DNA of 62,211 bases, the filler included. It is 8 parts of 8 records of this genome, joined end to end, with 100 filler letters (N's around TTAATTAATTAA, not from the genome) between each part and the next. Parts side by side here need not be neighbours in the genome. Positions count along the whole stretch, not along the records: positions 24,890 to 36,901 come from SRR31147125_43598; positions 37,002 to 43,713 come from SRR31147125_43654; positions 43,814 to 48,837 come from SRR31147125_43673; 5 more parts are not named here. One strand, given 5' to 3'. Positions within the stretch are counted from its first letter, which is position 1, and each line of letters opens with the position of its first letter. Under the pieces are notes generated by a model, which searched no databases, was not told where the DNA came from, and worked only from the letters and a program-made list of their open reading frames with translations. The translations under genes and the position numbers were made by a program. Positions 33,284-44,360 of this stretch are shown one piece after another.

Positions 33284-35954
33284 ATGAAGAATGGGTTTAT
33301 CCATTTTTTCAAACGTCATTTTTTGGGAGTGATTGATGGGCTCATTCTTCTTATCATTATCTCATATCTTGCAGATGCACTTCAATGGTCCCTTTGGTTC
33401 TCAAAGAGCACTGCAACCGGGGGCGATATGGCCTCCCACGTTCCAACGGCAGCATATTTAAAAAACGTGTTACTTCCCAAGGGACGGTTCATCGGATGGT
33501 ATCCTGGAAATTTTTGCGGTTTTCCGCTTTTTCAATTCTATTTTCCATTTCCATTTCTGCTGATGGCGTCCGCAAATCCTTTCATCCCATTAGATGTTGC
33601 TTTCAAACTGATTTCCATCATGGGCATTTTTATGCTCCCTTTGTGCGCATATGTAGGGATGAGTCTGGCTCGTCAAAAATTCCCTGTACCGATTTTGGCC
33701 GCGATTTTTACATTGCCGTTTCTTTTTTCAGAAGGGAACAGCATGTGGGGGGGCAATATTCTGAGCAATTTGTCAGGTGAATTTGCCTTTCAGATTTCAT
33801 TTTCTCTGAGCGTTCTCTTTTTGCTCTTCATCTTTCGAAATATTCATACTTCGGCGCATGTGTTGAAAAGCGGTTTGCTTCTAGGCGTTATCGGCCTCAA
33901 CCATGGTGTTGGATTGATATTTTCTTTGCTTGTACCCCTGTTTTTTCTGATATGGCCTGCCCCTGGAGTCTGGAGACGAACGCTCTATTTATTGAGGATC
34001 TATGGCATTGCTTTGGGGATAATGGCTTTCTGGTTTTTCCCCTTTGTCCATGGAGGCAGATGGTCAACAAAATTCAACCTGCTGTGGCAGTTATCCGATT
34101 GGAAAGAGGTGTTTCCAGAAATTCTTTGGCCGTTTTTACTGCTTTCCTTTATTGTCACTGTGATGATAGTCAGTCATTATTTTTTTCATTGCAGAAAAAA
34201 AGGCTCCCCCCATTTTTGTCTCATTTTGCTCATCTTTCGATATGGAAGAGGGGAGTGAAAGCCATCCTTTATTTTTACTGTTGTACTTTTGGTTTGCCAT
34301 TGGTATTTCCGTGTTTCTTTTCGAAACCGCCTATGAACTCAATGTTGTGGATATTCGCTTCCTTCCTTATACGGAACTGTTACCCATGTTTATAGCTGCA
34401 ATGGGTATCGGTTGGTGCTCACAGTTTTTCAAAGGTACGCCGATTCTTCTGTTGATTATTTTGATGGGGACTGGGATATGGATCCATGATCACTCAAAAT
34501 CGGTCCCGGCCTGGGCCCGTTGGAATTATACCGGTTTTCAACAAAAAGAGAGCTGGAGTACGTTCCAAAAGGTCAATGATTTTCTCAAAGGCGATGAAAA
34601 CGATCCAAGGGTCGTTTATGAACACTCAATGGCCCACAATCGATTCGGCACCTCCAGAGCTTTTGAAAACCTCCCTTACTTTTCCGGGCGTTCCACCATA
34701 GAGGGGCTATATGTGCAATCGTCCATCACCGCGCCCTTTGCTTTTTATCTTCAATCGGAAATATCCTCACCAGGCTCATGCCCTTTGCCTCAGTATGACT
34801 ATAGTCCCGCCAACATCGAAAAAGCGGTGGAACACTTTAGATTGATGAATATAAGCCATTACATCACCACTACAAAACCCATTCAAAAACTGGCTGAAAA
34901 GAACAATGATCTGGAACTGGCGGCAACCTTCGATGATATTCAAATTTTTAAGGTCAGATCATCTGAGTCTGATTACGTTGTGCCCTTGGATCACTATCCT
35001 TTTGTCGGTAACCAGGACAATTGGCGAAATAATGCCTATCAGTGGTTTCGGAGTTATAACCGGAATGTTTCCCATATACTATTTATGGATGATCCTGGAA
35101 AACTTGGGACTTTTGCTGAAAAGACCGTAGCGCTTACGCCAGGAAAGGCTTTACAATCAGTAGAAATTGGAGGAAGAAAACCTGTAGTGAAAAGCAACGT
35201 CTATGAAGATCGGATCGATATAGAGACCTCAACCGTGGGATGGCCACTGCTTGTGAAAGTTTCCTATCATCCTGGCTGGCAGTGCTCCGGAGCCTTGGGA
35301 CCGTTTCTTATTTCTCCATCATTTATGATGATCATTCCAACTGAAAATGTCATTACTATGAGATTTGGAAGAAGTGCCGCAGAAAATTGGGGGGGATTGC
35401 CACTCTTTTCACGCTGCTTCTTTTTCTTTTAAGAAACATAAAACCGATTAATTGGCTTATCTATGGAGAGTGGAAGATATCCTGTTGTTCCATTTCTGTT
35501 CGTAAACAAAAAAGCCTTCATATTTTTTTGGCTGATGGTTCTTTTTCTCACATCTTATTATGTCATTCATAAGAGGACAAACTCTCCGATGAGAATGAAA
35601 CAGAAAGCCATGGAATATTATTCCATGGGAGAGCTTGACAATGCGCTTTTTCATTTTACCAAACTTCTCGATAGGGTTCCCCATTCAGCCTATGGAGATG
35701 ATGCAAACTATTTTCAGGCTCTTTGTCATTGGCGAAAAAAGGATTTCCAGAAAGGGGCCGTATCATTTTCAAGTTTGGTTGATGAGTATCCAAACAGTCA
35801 CTTTGTTCCGGAATCTCTGTATCATATAATTTTATATGAAATATCACTTGGCCGTAAGAAAAAAATTCCGATATTGATGGAACAGCTTGTGGAAAGGTAT
35901 CCGGAAAACCAATGGACCCGGTATGCCAAACAGGCAATTGGGAGAATTAAATGA
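33284..35954 (+). CDS. PTPS-related/YfhO-like (GT-C-type) polytopic membrane protein with C-terminal TPR domain; one gene split by about three homopolymer frameshifts
   Basis: TGGDMASH, GWYPGNFCGFPLFQFYFP, GGNILSNLSGEFA, IRFLP, ARWNYTGF, KVSYHPGW. Frames rejoin at runs near 34195, 35390 and 35510. TPR motifs YGDDANYFQALC and YPNSHFVPESLY. Confidence 0.75.
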
Positions 35955-36685
35955 AAGATGGCAAAGTTAATAATTGTACTATTTTCATTCCTCTTTATAA
36001 CGAAGAAGAGATTATTGCCCAAAACACAAAGGCTGTTATCCGATATGCAGATGAAAATGCCATTGGATATGAAATCATATTGGGAAGTAATGGGTCAACA
36101 GACAATACGGCCAAGATTATCAGAAAACTTGCAGCGGAAAATAATCATATCAAATCCTTTCACATGGATGAGAAAGGTCCGGGCCGGGCATTTGTTCATG
36201 CCGCTGGTATCGCATCCAATGATTTTATTGTCTGTCTGGATGCAGACCTTGCAGTTGATCTTGATTTTATTCCCCTTGCAATGAAGTTTTTGACAGAGTG
36301 CGATATGGTGATCGGATGCAAGCGAATGCAGATGCAAAAGCGTTCTTTCATCCGAAAACTTGGCAGTAATTTCTTTATTTTTTCGGCTGCCACCGTACTG
36401 GGCGCCGCCGCCGCTGATTTTTCCATCGGTGCCAAGGCGTATCGGCGTTCTTTTGTGTTGGCGCATGCCCATCACCTTGACCCGTGGACAGCTTATGTTC
36501 TGGAACTGTTCTATTATACAATCTTGGAAAACCGCTCTCTGGTGGAGATGCCGGTTTACTGTACCGATACAAGGGGGAGTCGTTTCAATCTATCTGCCGA
36601 GGCATTTTACAAATTTAGACATTTATTTAAATTGGCATGGCGGGAAAGATCTCAGACGGCATCCTCACTCAATCAACATCGGTGA
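35951..36685 (+). CDS. GT2 glycosyltransferase, polyprenol-phosphate sugar synthase-like
   Basis: IFIPLYNEE, NGSTDNT, KGPGRA, DADL; start overlaps the upstream stop codon. Confidence 0.88.
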   Translation: MKDGKVNNCTIFIPLYNEEEIIAQNTKAVIRYADENAIGYEIILGSNGSTDNTAKIIRKLAAENNHIKSFHMDEKGPGRAFVHAAGIASNDFIVCLDADLAVDLDFIPLAMKFLTECDMVIGCKRMQMQKRSFIRKLGSNFFIFSAATVLGAAAADFSIGAKAYRRSFVLAHAHHLDPWTAYVLELFYYTILENRSLVEMPVYCTDTRGSRFNLSAEAFYKFRHLFKLAWRERSQTASSLNQHR

Positions 36686-36798
36686 GGGAGTGGAGGTAAC
36701 TCAAGAATTGATCTAAACCGTTGAACAGAAAAATGATTTGCTAAAACTGTCAGCATAGATGTATCCATGGCAAACTCAGGTTGTGCATGACAGCCTCA

Positions 36799-36873
36799 TA
36801 TGTTCACCTGATGAAGCCGACAAATCAAGAGGCAGCATGCCGGTAGGAGGATGCAATTTTCGGAAATTTATAG
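36799..36873 (+). pseudogene. C-terminal remnant of a tyrosine integrase
   Basis: Manual translation YVHLMKPTNQEAACR*EDAIFGNL resembles the catalytic Y-x-H tail of phage-type integrases. Contains an internal TAG and is followed by GTAGCA direct repeats. Confidence 0.6.
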
Positions 36874-36901
36874 TAGCAGCATGGTAGCAAAAAATAAAAA
36901 A

Positions 36902-37001
36902 NNNNNNNNNNNNNNNNNNNNNNNNNNNNNNNNNNNNNNNNNNNNTTAATTAATTAANNNNNNNNNNNNNNNNNNNNNNNNNNNNNNNNNNNNNNNNNNN
37001 N
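36902..37001. other. Artificial contig linker
   Basis: N/TTAATTAATTAA spacer. Confidence 0.99.
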
Positions 37002-37498
37002 TAAATGGTGAATTTGTAAGTGGTGTTCAGTCTTGGGCAAGTGTTTCATTATTGCAAACCAAAGAAGACATTATCGATGATGGGCACGGCTACATTCCGC
37101 GCCCTACGGATCAATGGTTGAATGTAAGCCTTTTCTTTCAGGATTATTTCCCGGGTAATCCAACCTACAAATTACACCTGGCTGCTTTTTATGGTTCACG
37201 TTTACCCGTTGGTCCACCGAACTCCGAACGTTATCAGGATACATTTAGAATGCCTCCTTACCGAAGAATTGACATGGGAATTTCAAAAGTACTGGTAGGT
37301 TCTGAAAGTCGTTTCAGAAGGGGAAGCTTGCTGAATAAAGTGAAAGACATGTCGGTAAGTTTGGAAGTATTGAATTTACTTGGCATAAACAATACTGTTT
37401 CTTACTTTTGGGTAAGCAGTAATGCCGGCGATATGTTTGCAGTACCAAACTATCTGACAAACAGAAAAGTCAATCTAAAATTCACCGTTAAATTTTAA
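37002..37498 (+). CDS. TonB-dependent outer-membrane receptor, C-terminal part
   Basis: PPYRRIDMG, LEVLNLLGINN, terminal beta-strand LKFTVKF. Confidence 0.8.
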
Positions 37499-37502
37499 AC
37501 TA

Positions 37503-38285
37503 ATGCAAGTTCCAATTTTCCAGATCGATGCTTTTGCCAGTGAAACTTTCAAAGGTAATCCTGCTGCGGTTGTCCCATTGGAAAAATGGTTGACTGATGA
37601 CCTGATGCAAAAAATTGCGATGGAAAATAACCTCGCTGAAACTGCTTTTTTTGTTCCTACTCAAGTAGGCTTTGAAATTCGATGGTTCACACCATTAGAA
37701 GAAGTTGATCTTTGCGGACATGCAACATTGGCTACTGCCCATGTAATTTTTGAAGAAGCTGGGTTCTCTTCAAATGAAATTCAGTTTGGAAGTAGAAGTG
37801 GATTGTTAAAAGTCAAAAAAGATGGCAATAAACTTCAACTTAATTTTCCATTTGATCCTATTTTGGAAATAGAATGCCCTGATGAAGTTATTGAAGCAAT
37901 TGGACAATCACCCCTTCAAACCTTTAAAGGGAAAACTGATTATTTATTGATATTTGATTCGGAGGATACCATAAATCAAATAAACCCTGACTTCTACAAA
38001 CTAAAAGAAACAGAAGCCCGAGGCGTAATTGTAAGCGCTCTGGGAAATAATGTTGATTTTGTTAGCCGTTTTTTTGCCCCTGCTGTAGGTATTGATGAAG
38101 ACCCTGTAACTGGTTCGGCACATACAACACTTGCACCATATTGGTCATCTAAACTTGGAAAATCTAAATTAACTGCCCAGCAGCTTTCAAAGCGTGGCGG
38201 AGAATTGAATGTTGAGCTACTAAACAATCGGGTACTAATTAGCGGAAAAGCAATTACCTACCTGCAAGGTGAAATTTTCATCTAA
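37503..38285 (+). CDS. PhzF-family epimerase/isomerase
   Basis: DAF..GNPAAV, ETAF, EVDLCGHATLA, EDPVTGSAH. Confidence 0.95.
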   Translation: MQVPIFQIDAFASETFKGNPAAVVPLEKWLTDDLMQKIAMENNLAETAFFVPTQVGFEIRWFTPLEEVDLCGHATLATAHVIFEEAGFSSNEIQFGSRSGLLKVKKDGNKLQLNFPFDPILEIECPDEVIEAIGQSPLQTFKGKTDYLLIFDSEDTINQINPDFYKLKETEARGVIVSALGNNVDFVSRFFAPAVGIDEDPVTGSAHTTLAPYWSSKLGKSKLTAQQLSKRGGELNVELLNNRVLISGKAITYLQGEIFI

Positions 38286-38328
38286 TTATTGAATATCATT
38301 TTTTATACAAAATTGAACAACAGAACAA

Positions 38329-39393
38329 ATGACTTATCAGTATTTAGGATATCGCAGCGATCTTGAAAAATATAGGATCGAGCAAAATTTGGAATCTTTT
38401 GAAATCGGAAGAGTTACATCTGAGCATAAAGAAAGGTATATTGTAAAAACCCCCGAAAAAGAATTTGATTCTGAACTTGTAGGTAATTTAAGGTTTACAG
38501 CTAACAGCAGAAGTGACTTCCCAGCCGTTGGCGATTGGGTTGCTTTTTCAGAATATGATGAAGGCAAAGCACTAATCCATGCCATATATCCCAGAAAATC
38601 AATTATAAAAAGACAAGCTGTTGGCAAATCAGGACAAATTCAGGTAATTGCAACAAATATTGATTTTGGCTTGATTGTTCAAGCTGTTGACAGAGACTTT
38701 AACTTAAACAGGCTGGAACGTTATTTAACCATTTGCAATACTTCCAATGTTGAACCAGTTATTGTATTGAGCAAAACAGACCTGATAGATGAAGCTAAAC
38801 TGCATTCTACAACAGATCAAATTAGAAAGAGAATTAAAGACATTCCTATTGTTACGGTAAGCAACCAAACAGAAGGATACCATAAACTGGAAGCTGTAAT
38901 TACAGAAGGGAAAACCTATTGTTTACTTGGATCATCTGGTGTGGGCAAGTCTACTTTGCTCAATAATCTTTCGGGCAAAGAACAAATGAAAACCGGTGAA
39001 ATAAGTTCGAGCGTTAACAAAGGAAAACATGTCACAAGCCACAGGGAACTAATTGTGCTGGACAATGGCGGTATTTTGATTGATAATCCGGGAATGAGAG
39101 AAGTTGGAATAACTGACTCAACGGATGGACTGGAGATGACATTCGATATGATTCTTAAGTATGCAAAAGATTGCCGTTATAAAGATTGCACACATATGCA
39201 CGAAGAAGGTTGCGCTATAATTGAAGCTGTTGAAAATGAAAAAATTGATCCTGGCGCGTATGAAAATTTCAGAAAACTTGAAAAAGAAAAAATGCATTTT
39301 GAATCGGATGCCATCGAACGCAAGAAAAAGGACAAAGACTTGGGCAAATTGATCAAAAATTTTCAAAAACAACGAAGAAATAATAAATTCTAG
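38329..39393 (+). CDS. rsgA: Ribosome small subunit-dependent GTPase RsgA
   Basis: Circularly permuted SKTD…GSSGVGKS…DNPG and Zn finger CRYKDCTHMHEEGC. Confidence 0.93.
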   Translation: MTYQYLGYRSDLEKYRIEQNLESFEIGRVTSEHKERYIVKTPEKEFDSELVGNLRFTANSRSDFPAVGDWVAFSEYDEGKALIHAIYPRKSIIKRQAVGKSGQIQVIATNIDFGLIVQAVDRDFNLNRLERYLTICNTSNVEPVIVLSKTDLIDEAKLHSTTDQIRKRIKDIPIVTVSNQTEGYHKLEAVITEGKTYCLLGSSGVGKSTLLNNLSGKEQMKTGEISSSVNKGKHVTSHRELIVLDNGGILIDNPGMREVGITDSTDGLEMTFDMILKYAKDCRYKDCTHMHEEGCAIIEAVENEKIDPGAYENFRKLEKEKMHFESDAIERKKKDKDLGKLIKNFQKQRRNNKF

Positions 39394-39460
39394 TTAACTC
39401 CACTAATTCAATTCAGACAAACATTATCATCTTTTAACTTGTTTGTACATCAAATAAAGC

Positions 39461-41571
39461 ATGATGGACAAACTATTCTTTTTAGGAATTTTAATCTTGT
39501 TTTTACCAGTCCTCATTCATGCGCAGGAGAATAAGCAGATGGAACAAGAAAAATATACCAACGATTTAATACACGAAACGTCACCCTATTTATTACAACA
39601 CGCACACAATCCGGTAAACTGGATGCCCTGGGGTGAGAAGGCACTTAAAAAAGCTAAAGAAGAGAACAAGCTCCTGCTAATTAGTATCGGATATGCTGCT
39701 TGTCACTGGTGTCATGTCATGGAGCATGAATCTTTCGAAGATGAAGAAGTCGCTAAAATCATGAACGAGCATTTTGTATGTATAAAAGTAGATCGGGAAG
39801 AACGCCCTGATGTTGACCAGATTTATATGACTGCCGTTCAGCTTATGACTCAAAGCGGAGGTTGGCCGCTTAATGCGATTGCTCTTCCTGATGGAAGACC
39901 ATTTTGGGGTGGAACTTATTTCCCTAAAAAGGGCTGGATTAATGCGTTAAAGCAGATTAACTCATACTATTACAACAATCCGAACGAAACCCTTGAATAT
40001 GCAGAAAAGCTTAGCAATGGCATTCGCGAAAGTGCATTAATGCCCATTAACAATCCGGCAGACGATATTTCATTAAATGACTTAAAAAGAGCTGTTGCCG
40101 CTTGGAAATCTTCTTTTGATATGTTTGAGGGTGGACGCAAAGGTGCACCTAAATTTATGATGCCTAACAACCTTCTTTTTTTGCTTCAGTGGGCACATCA
40201 ACAAAACGACAGAGATACCGAAAGCTATGTAAAAACAACTCTTAACAAAATGGCTCAAGGTGGAATTTATGATCAGATTGGAGGAGGTTTTGCACGCTAT
40301 TCAACCGACACACATTGGAAAGTCCCCATTTTGAGAAAATGCTATACGACAACGGGCAACTGCTAAGTTTATATGCTCAGGCTTATCAAAAATTCAAAGC
40401 TCCCTTATATAAGGAAATAGTTGAAAAAACTATTGAATACCTGGAACGAGAAATGTTATCGTCAGAATTTGGCTTTTATTCCTCATTAGATGCCGACAGT
40501 GAAGGAGAAGAAGGAAAATTTTATGTATGGAAAGAAAAGGAGTTGAAAGAAATAATCACTACAGATTATGATCTTTTTGCCAACTATTATAACATCAACT
40601 CCAATGGTTTTTGGGAACATGGTAATTACATTCTGCTTCGGAAAAGCACCGATGAAACCTTTGCAAAAAAGAATAAACTCAGCGTAAATGAATTAAAAAC
40701 AAAAGTTGCATTCTGGAAATCATTACTCCTTACCGAACGCCAAAAGCGAATACGTCCGGGCCTAGATGATAAAATACTCACGTCATGGAATGCACTTGTT
40801 ATTTCCGGGCTTGCTGATTCATACAAAGCATTGGGAGAAAGAAGGTATCTTCTTCTTGCAGAAAAAAATGCCAGTTTCTTAAAAGAAAAGATGATGAGCA
40901 AAGAAGGCTTATTAAAGCATTCATATAAAAATGGGATTAGTAAGATTGATGGCTTCCTTGAAGATTATTCGCTACTAACCAAAGCTTACATTTCTCTTTA
41001 TCAAGTAACAGGTAATGAAAGGTATTTAGATGATGCCTCTTTACTAATTCGAAAATCGTTTGAATTATTTTACAATTCAAAACAAAAAATCTTCTATTTC
41101 AATCAACACAACAGTAATTTGATTTCAAGAAGCATTGAAATTCACGACAATGTAATTCCAGCTTCAAACTCAATTATGGTTAATAACCTTTATAAGTTGG
41201 GGCACTTAATGGAGGATTCAGAATATATATCCATTTCAAAAAACATGCTTTTAAAGGTGATCAATAACCTTGAACAATACCCTTCCGGATATTCAAACTG
41301 GGCAATACTAATGCTTTCGTTTGTCGACGATCAGTTTGAAATAGTGATAACTGGTGATAATGCAAAACAGACGAGCAATAGACTTCAGCGAGAATACCTT
41401 CCTAACTGCCTTTTTAGCTTTAAAGAAGACGAAAGTAACTTGCCGCTTTTGAGAAACCGTTTTGTAAATGGGGAAATACTAATTTATGTATGCCAGAACA
41501 ACACCTGCAAACTGCCTGTAAAAAAAGCTGATGAAGCGCTGGAGGTTATTCGTGGCAATGACAATTTATGA
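39461..41571 (+). CDS. YyaL/SSP411-like thioredoxin-domain (DUF255) protein (frameshift near 40327)
   Basis: [26 protein letters not shown], (VP)[21 protein letters not shown]. Confidence 0.93.
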
Positions 41572-41592
41572 TTTATCTAAATAAAAATAATT

Positions 41593-42225
41593 TTACAGAA
41601 GTTTTCGTAAATCTTTACGCCAAGCCTCTGCAAGTTCTGGAATTTTAATGGCTTGTTTTATCAATTCAACATTATCTATTTGATGTATAAAAACAGAAAA
41701 TACATCTTTAACGGAAAGACTATTTTTTGCTTTTTCTTTCAGAATCATTGAGTCACCAACATTCACTTTCCCTTCTTTCAAAATTCGAAGATATACCCCC
41801 GGGTAAGAAGATTCGAGGAACTCACGAATCATTGATTGCGAACCAAAACGATAGCCCAATTTATAACATGGATAACGGGGCTGGCTAACTTGAACTATAG
41901 CTTCCCCCATTTCAAAAATATCGCCAATATAAATTCGGGATTCATCCAGCCCCTCAACCGTTAGGTTTTCACCCAACATACCCCATTGCCAATCCAAATC
42001 TGGATACTTTTCTTTCCAAAAACCATAATGATCTTTAGAATATAGATAGCAGGCTTTATCAAGTCCCCCGTGGTGTTTGCGATCAACAACGCTATCTCTT
42101 TTTACATCTTCCTTTTCTAACAAAAGTGGTTCATTAACCGGAAGCTTATAAATTCCGGTTTTCACGTTTTTGCCACGCCATTCTATTTCGCGAACCTGAC
42201 CAATATTTGTAGAAATTACCTTCAT
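41593..42225 (-). CDS. MOSC-domain protein (YiiM-like)
   Basis: HHGG, GENLT, QPRYPCYKL, C-terminal 3-alpha-like LAEAW. Confidence 0.9.
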   Translation of the reverse strand: MKVISTNIGQVREIEWRGKNVKTGIYKLPVNEPLLLEKEDVKRDSVVDRKHHGGLDKACYLYSKDHYGFWKEKYPDLDWQWGMLGENLTVEGLDESRIYIGDIFEMGEAIVQVSQPRYPCYKLGYRFGSQSMIREFLESSYPGVYLRILKEGKVNVGDSMILKEKAKNSLSVKDVFSVFIHQIDNVELIKQAIKIPELAEAWRKDLRKLL

Positions 42226-42228
42226 AAG

Positions 42229-42429
42229 CTAATCATCTTCAAAAATTCGTTTTACGCGTCCAACTTCTCCTGTTTCCAATCTTACTTTAATTCCGTGCGG
42301 ATGATTGGGTGATTTTGTTAGTATTCGGGACACATATCCTTCAGTCAACTCGCCAGTACGTTGATGATGCTTTTGAACAATTTCAACATGGCTTTCAATC
42401 TTAATCTCTGACCTTTTTGTTCCGTCCAT
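42229..42429 (-). CDS. YwbE-family (DUF2196) protein
   Basis: QRTGELTEG..ILTKSPNHPHGIKVRL..GEVGRV. Confidence 0.9.
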   Translation of the reverse strand: MDGTKRSEIKIESHVEIVQKHHQRTGELTEGYVSRILTKSPNHPHGIKVRLETGEVGRVKRIFEDD

Positions 42430-42576
42430 TTTTTTCTTTCGAAGAAACAATTAATTCTTAGAAAATTGAAATATAAATTGAAAAGTATCATAAACCTTCT
42501 TGTTATTCCGTTTGTTTGGTTAGTTTTAAAGTGTATAATATTGATGCAATTGAAAATTGGAATGAAAGATTAGCGC

Positions 42577-42972
42577 ATGAGATTATTTTCAATACTGAAG
42601 AAGGATAGCAAAAACAGCAACAAGCAAAATTACATTGAGTTGGTTGAATGCCCGCAGGGTGGAACTTCTTGCGAAGAACACCGAAATGTCATTAACAAAA
42701 GCATGCTTGCTTCCCGCAACCATTTATTTAACAAAAATTATTACCAATCTATTGATGAGTTAAAAACAGCTTTTTTGAAAACATCTGACTTGAAAAAAGC
42801 TTCTTGCATTAATTGCGCAAAACTTTTTCGTTCACATATACTTCATTCAATGCAAAATCTGCATAATGACCTTGAAGATATGTCATCAGGATTATTTGCA
42901 GGTAAAAGGCACATACCGAATTACCGTTTTGCATCACAAACACTTGATGAACTTAAAAAATTCCACGATTAG
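42577..42972 (+). CDS. Hypothetical protein with four Cys residues
   Basis: Clean 131-aa ORF in the gap between genes; CP..C and CINC. Confidence 0.65.
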   Translation: MRLFSILKKDSKNSNKQNYIELVECPQGGTSCEEHRNVINKSMLASRNHLFNKNYYQSIDELKTAFLKTSDLKKASCINCAKLFRSHILHSMQNLHNDLEDMSSGLFAGKRHIPNYRFASQTLDELKKFHD

Positions 42973-42978
42973 ATAATC

Positions 42979-43713
42979 TTATCTCCTTCCGGCAACAACT
43001 GTATAAAAACTGTCCTTTTGAAAATAAGTATTTGCAAGTTGCCTTAATTGTTCTGAAGAAATAGAAAGTAAAGTGTTGTAATAATTTTCATAGAATGAAT
43101 AATCCAATCCAAAATCATTAATATTCCTAAAGGCTGAAGCCCTTGCAAAGGGACCATCAAAATCACGGATAAATTCACCTAGCAAATATTGCTTTACCCG
43201 ATCAAGTTCATCATCACTCACTAAATTTTCCTTCAACAATTCAAATTCTTTAAATATTTCCTTAATGGTAGCCTCTTCATTTTGCTTATCAGTTTCAGTA
43301 GCAATTACCAGATAAGCTGCATCTTTAAAAGCTGGAACACTAGAACCTATACCATATGTATACCCTTTATCCTCACGAATATTTGCCATTAATCTTGAAC
43401 TGAAATAACCTCCCAGAATAGCATTCAAAACCAGAAGCCCTGGGAAATCTGGATGATCTTTTTTGACCATCAACTTCCCAATACGAATTGCAGACTGAAT
43501 AGCATCAGCTTTTTCAACAAAATGATTTTTCTCTGATGAAGAAACAATTTCAAAACGATTCAACTTCTCAGGAGAACCATTCCAGTTTTTATGCCCGAAA
43601 TGATTATTTAGCAATGTAGTTAAATTGGCATCCAACTTCCCTGAAGCTAAAATCCGGCAATGATCAGAACGATAATTCTTCTTGTAAAAATCCAGCAAAG
43701 AATTAATCTTCAA
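42979..43713 (-). CDS. M16 peptidase-family protein, C-terminal part
   Basis: LGGYFSSRLMANIREDKGYTYG. Confidence 0.92.
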   Translation of the reverse strand: MKINSLLDFYKKNYRSDHCRILASGKLDANLTTLLNNHFGHKNWNGSPEKLNRFEIVSSSEKNHFVEKADAIQSAIRIGKLMVKKDHPDFPGLLVLNAILGGYFSSRLMANIREDKGYTYGIGSSVPAFKDAAYLVIATETDKQNEEATIKEIFKEFELLKENLVSDDELDRVKQYLLGEFIRDFDGPFARASAFRNINDFGLDYSFYENYYNTLLSISSEQLRQLANTYFQKDSFYTVVAGRR

Positions 43714-43813
43714 NNNNNNNNNNNNNNNNNNNNNNNNNNNNNNNNNNNNNNNNNNNNTTAATTAATTAANNNNNNNNNNNNNNNNNNNNNNNNNNNNNNN
43801 NNNNNNNNNNNNN
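43714..43813. other. Artificial contig linker
   Basis: N/TTAATTAATTAA spacer. Confidence 0.99.
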
Positions 43814-43840
43814 TGGGTTCGACTCCTACTAGGCGCGCCA
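43814..43840 (+). tRNA. 3' end of a tRNA (probably Arg), cut by the contig start
   Basis: T-loop GGTTCGACTCC and acceptor end GGCGCGCCA; the anticodon is not visible. Confidence 0.8.
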
Positions 43841-43844
43841 TTTT

Positions 43845-43896
43845 ATAAAAATCCCTTTAAATTCTGAATTATTTCAGTGTTTAAAGGGATTTTTAT
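43845..43896 (+). terminator. Long inverted repeat after the tRNA
   Basis: ATAAAAATCCCTTTAAA…TTTAAAGGGATTTTTAT. Confidence 0.75.
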
Positions 43897-44360
43897 GTTT
43901 TATAACTATTACATTTGATGTGAAGCTTTTTAAGATAGGATTAACACTGTTTTATCTCTTGATTATACTTACATTTTATTATAAAGCCTCTTTGCTAGAG
44001 TAAATTGTTTGATTTAAATTAGCTTAAAAGTAGAAAAAACTTAAAAAATAGGTTAAAATTAATTGAAATTTAAGATTTTTGTACTACTTGACAATATCAA
44101 TTTATTTATAAATAAACTTATGAAAATTGTAAAAAAAAGGTATTTTTTAAAAAACCAACCAACTTGTCAGTTAGGTGTCAGTGATAAGCATAGACAATAT
44201 TTATGATATATATCACGTATATTGATACTATATATTTGAATAAATGATCTTGTCGTGCTATTATTACAGTACCAAAATATCGAAAATATAAACACACTTT
44301 TACTTTGGGATAACGTTATTATTAGGTTGGTGTGGAAAACTATAAGGAGGAAACGGTAAT

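Noticed and set aside
43845-43896. Inverted repeat after the tRNA as an integrative-element att site
   Set aside because: No integrase or island cargo follows; a terminator is a sufficient explanation.
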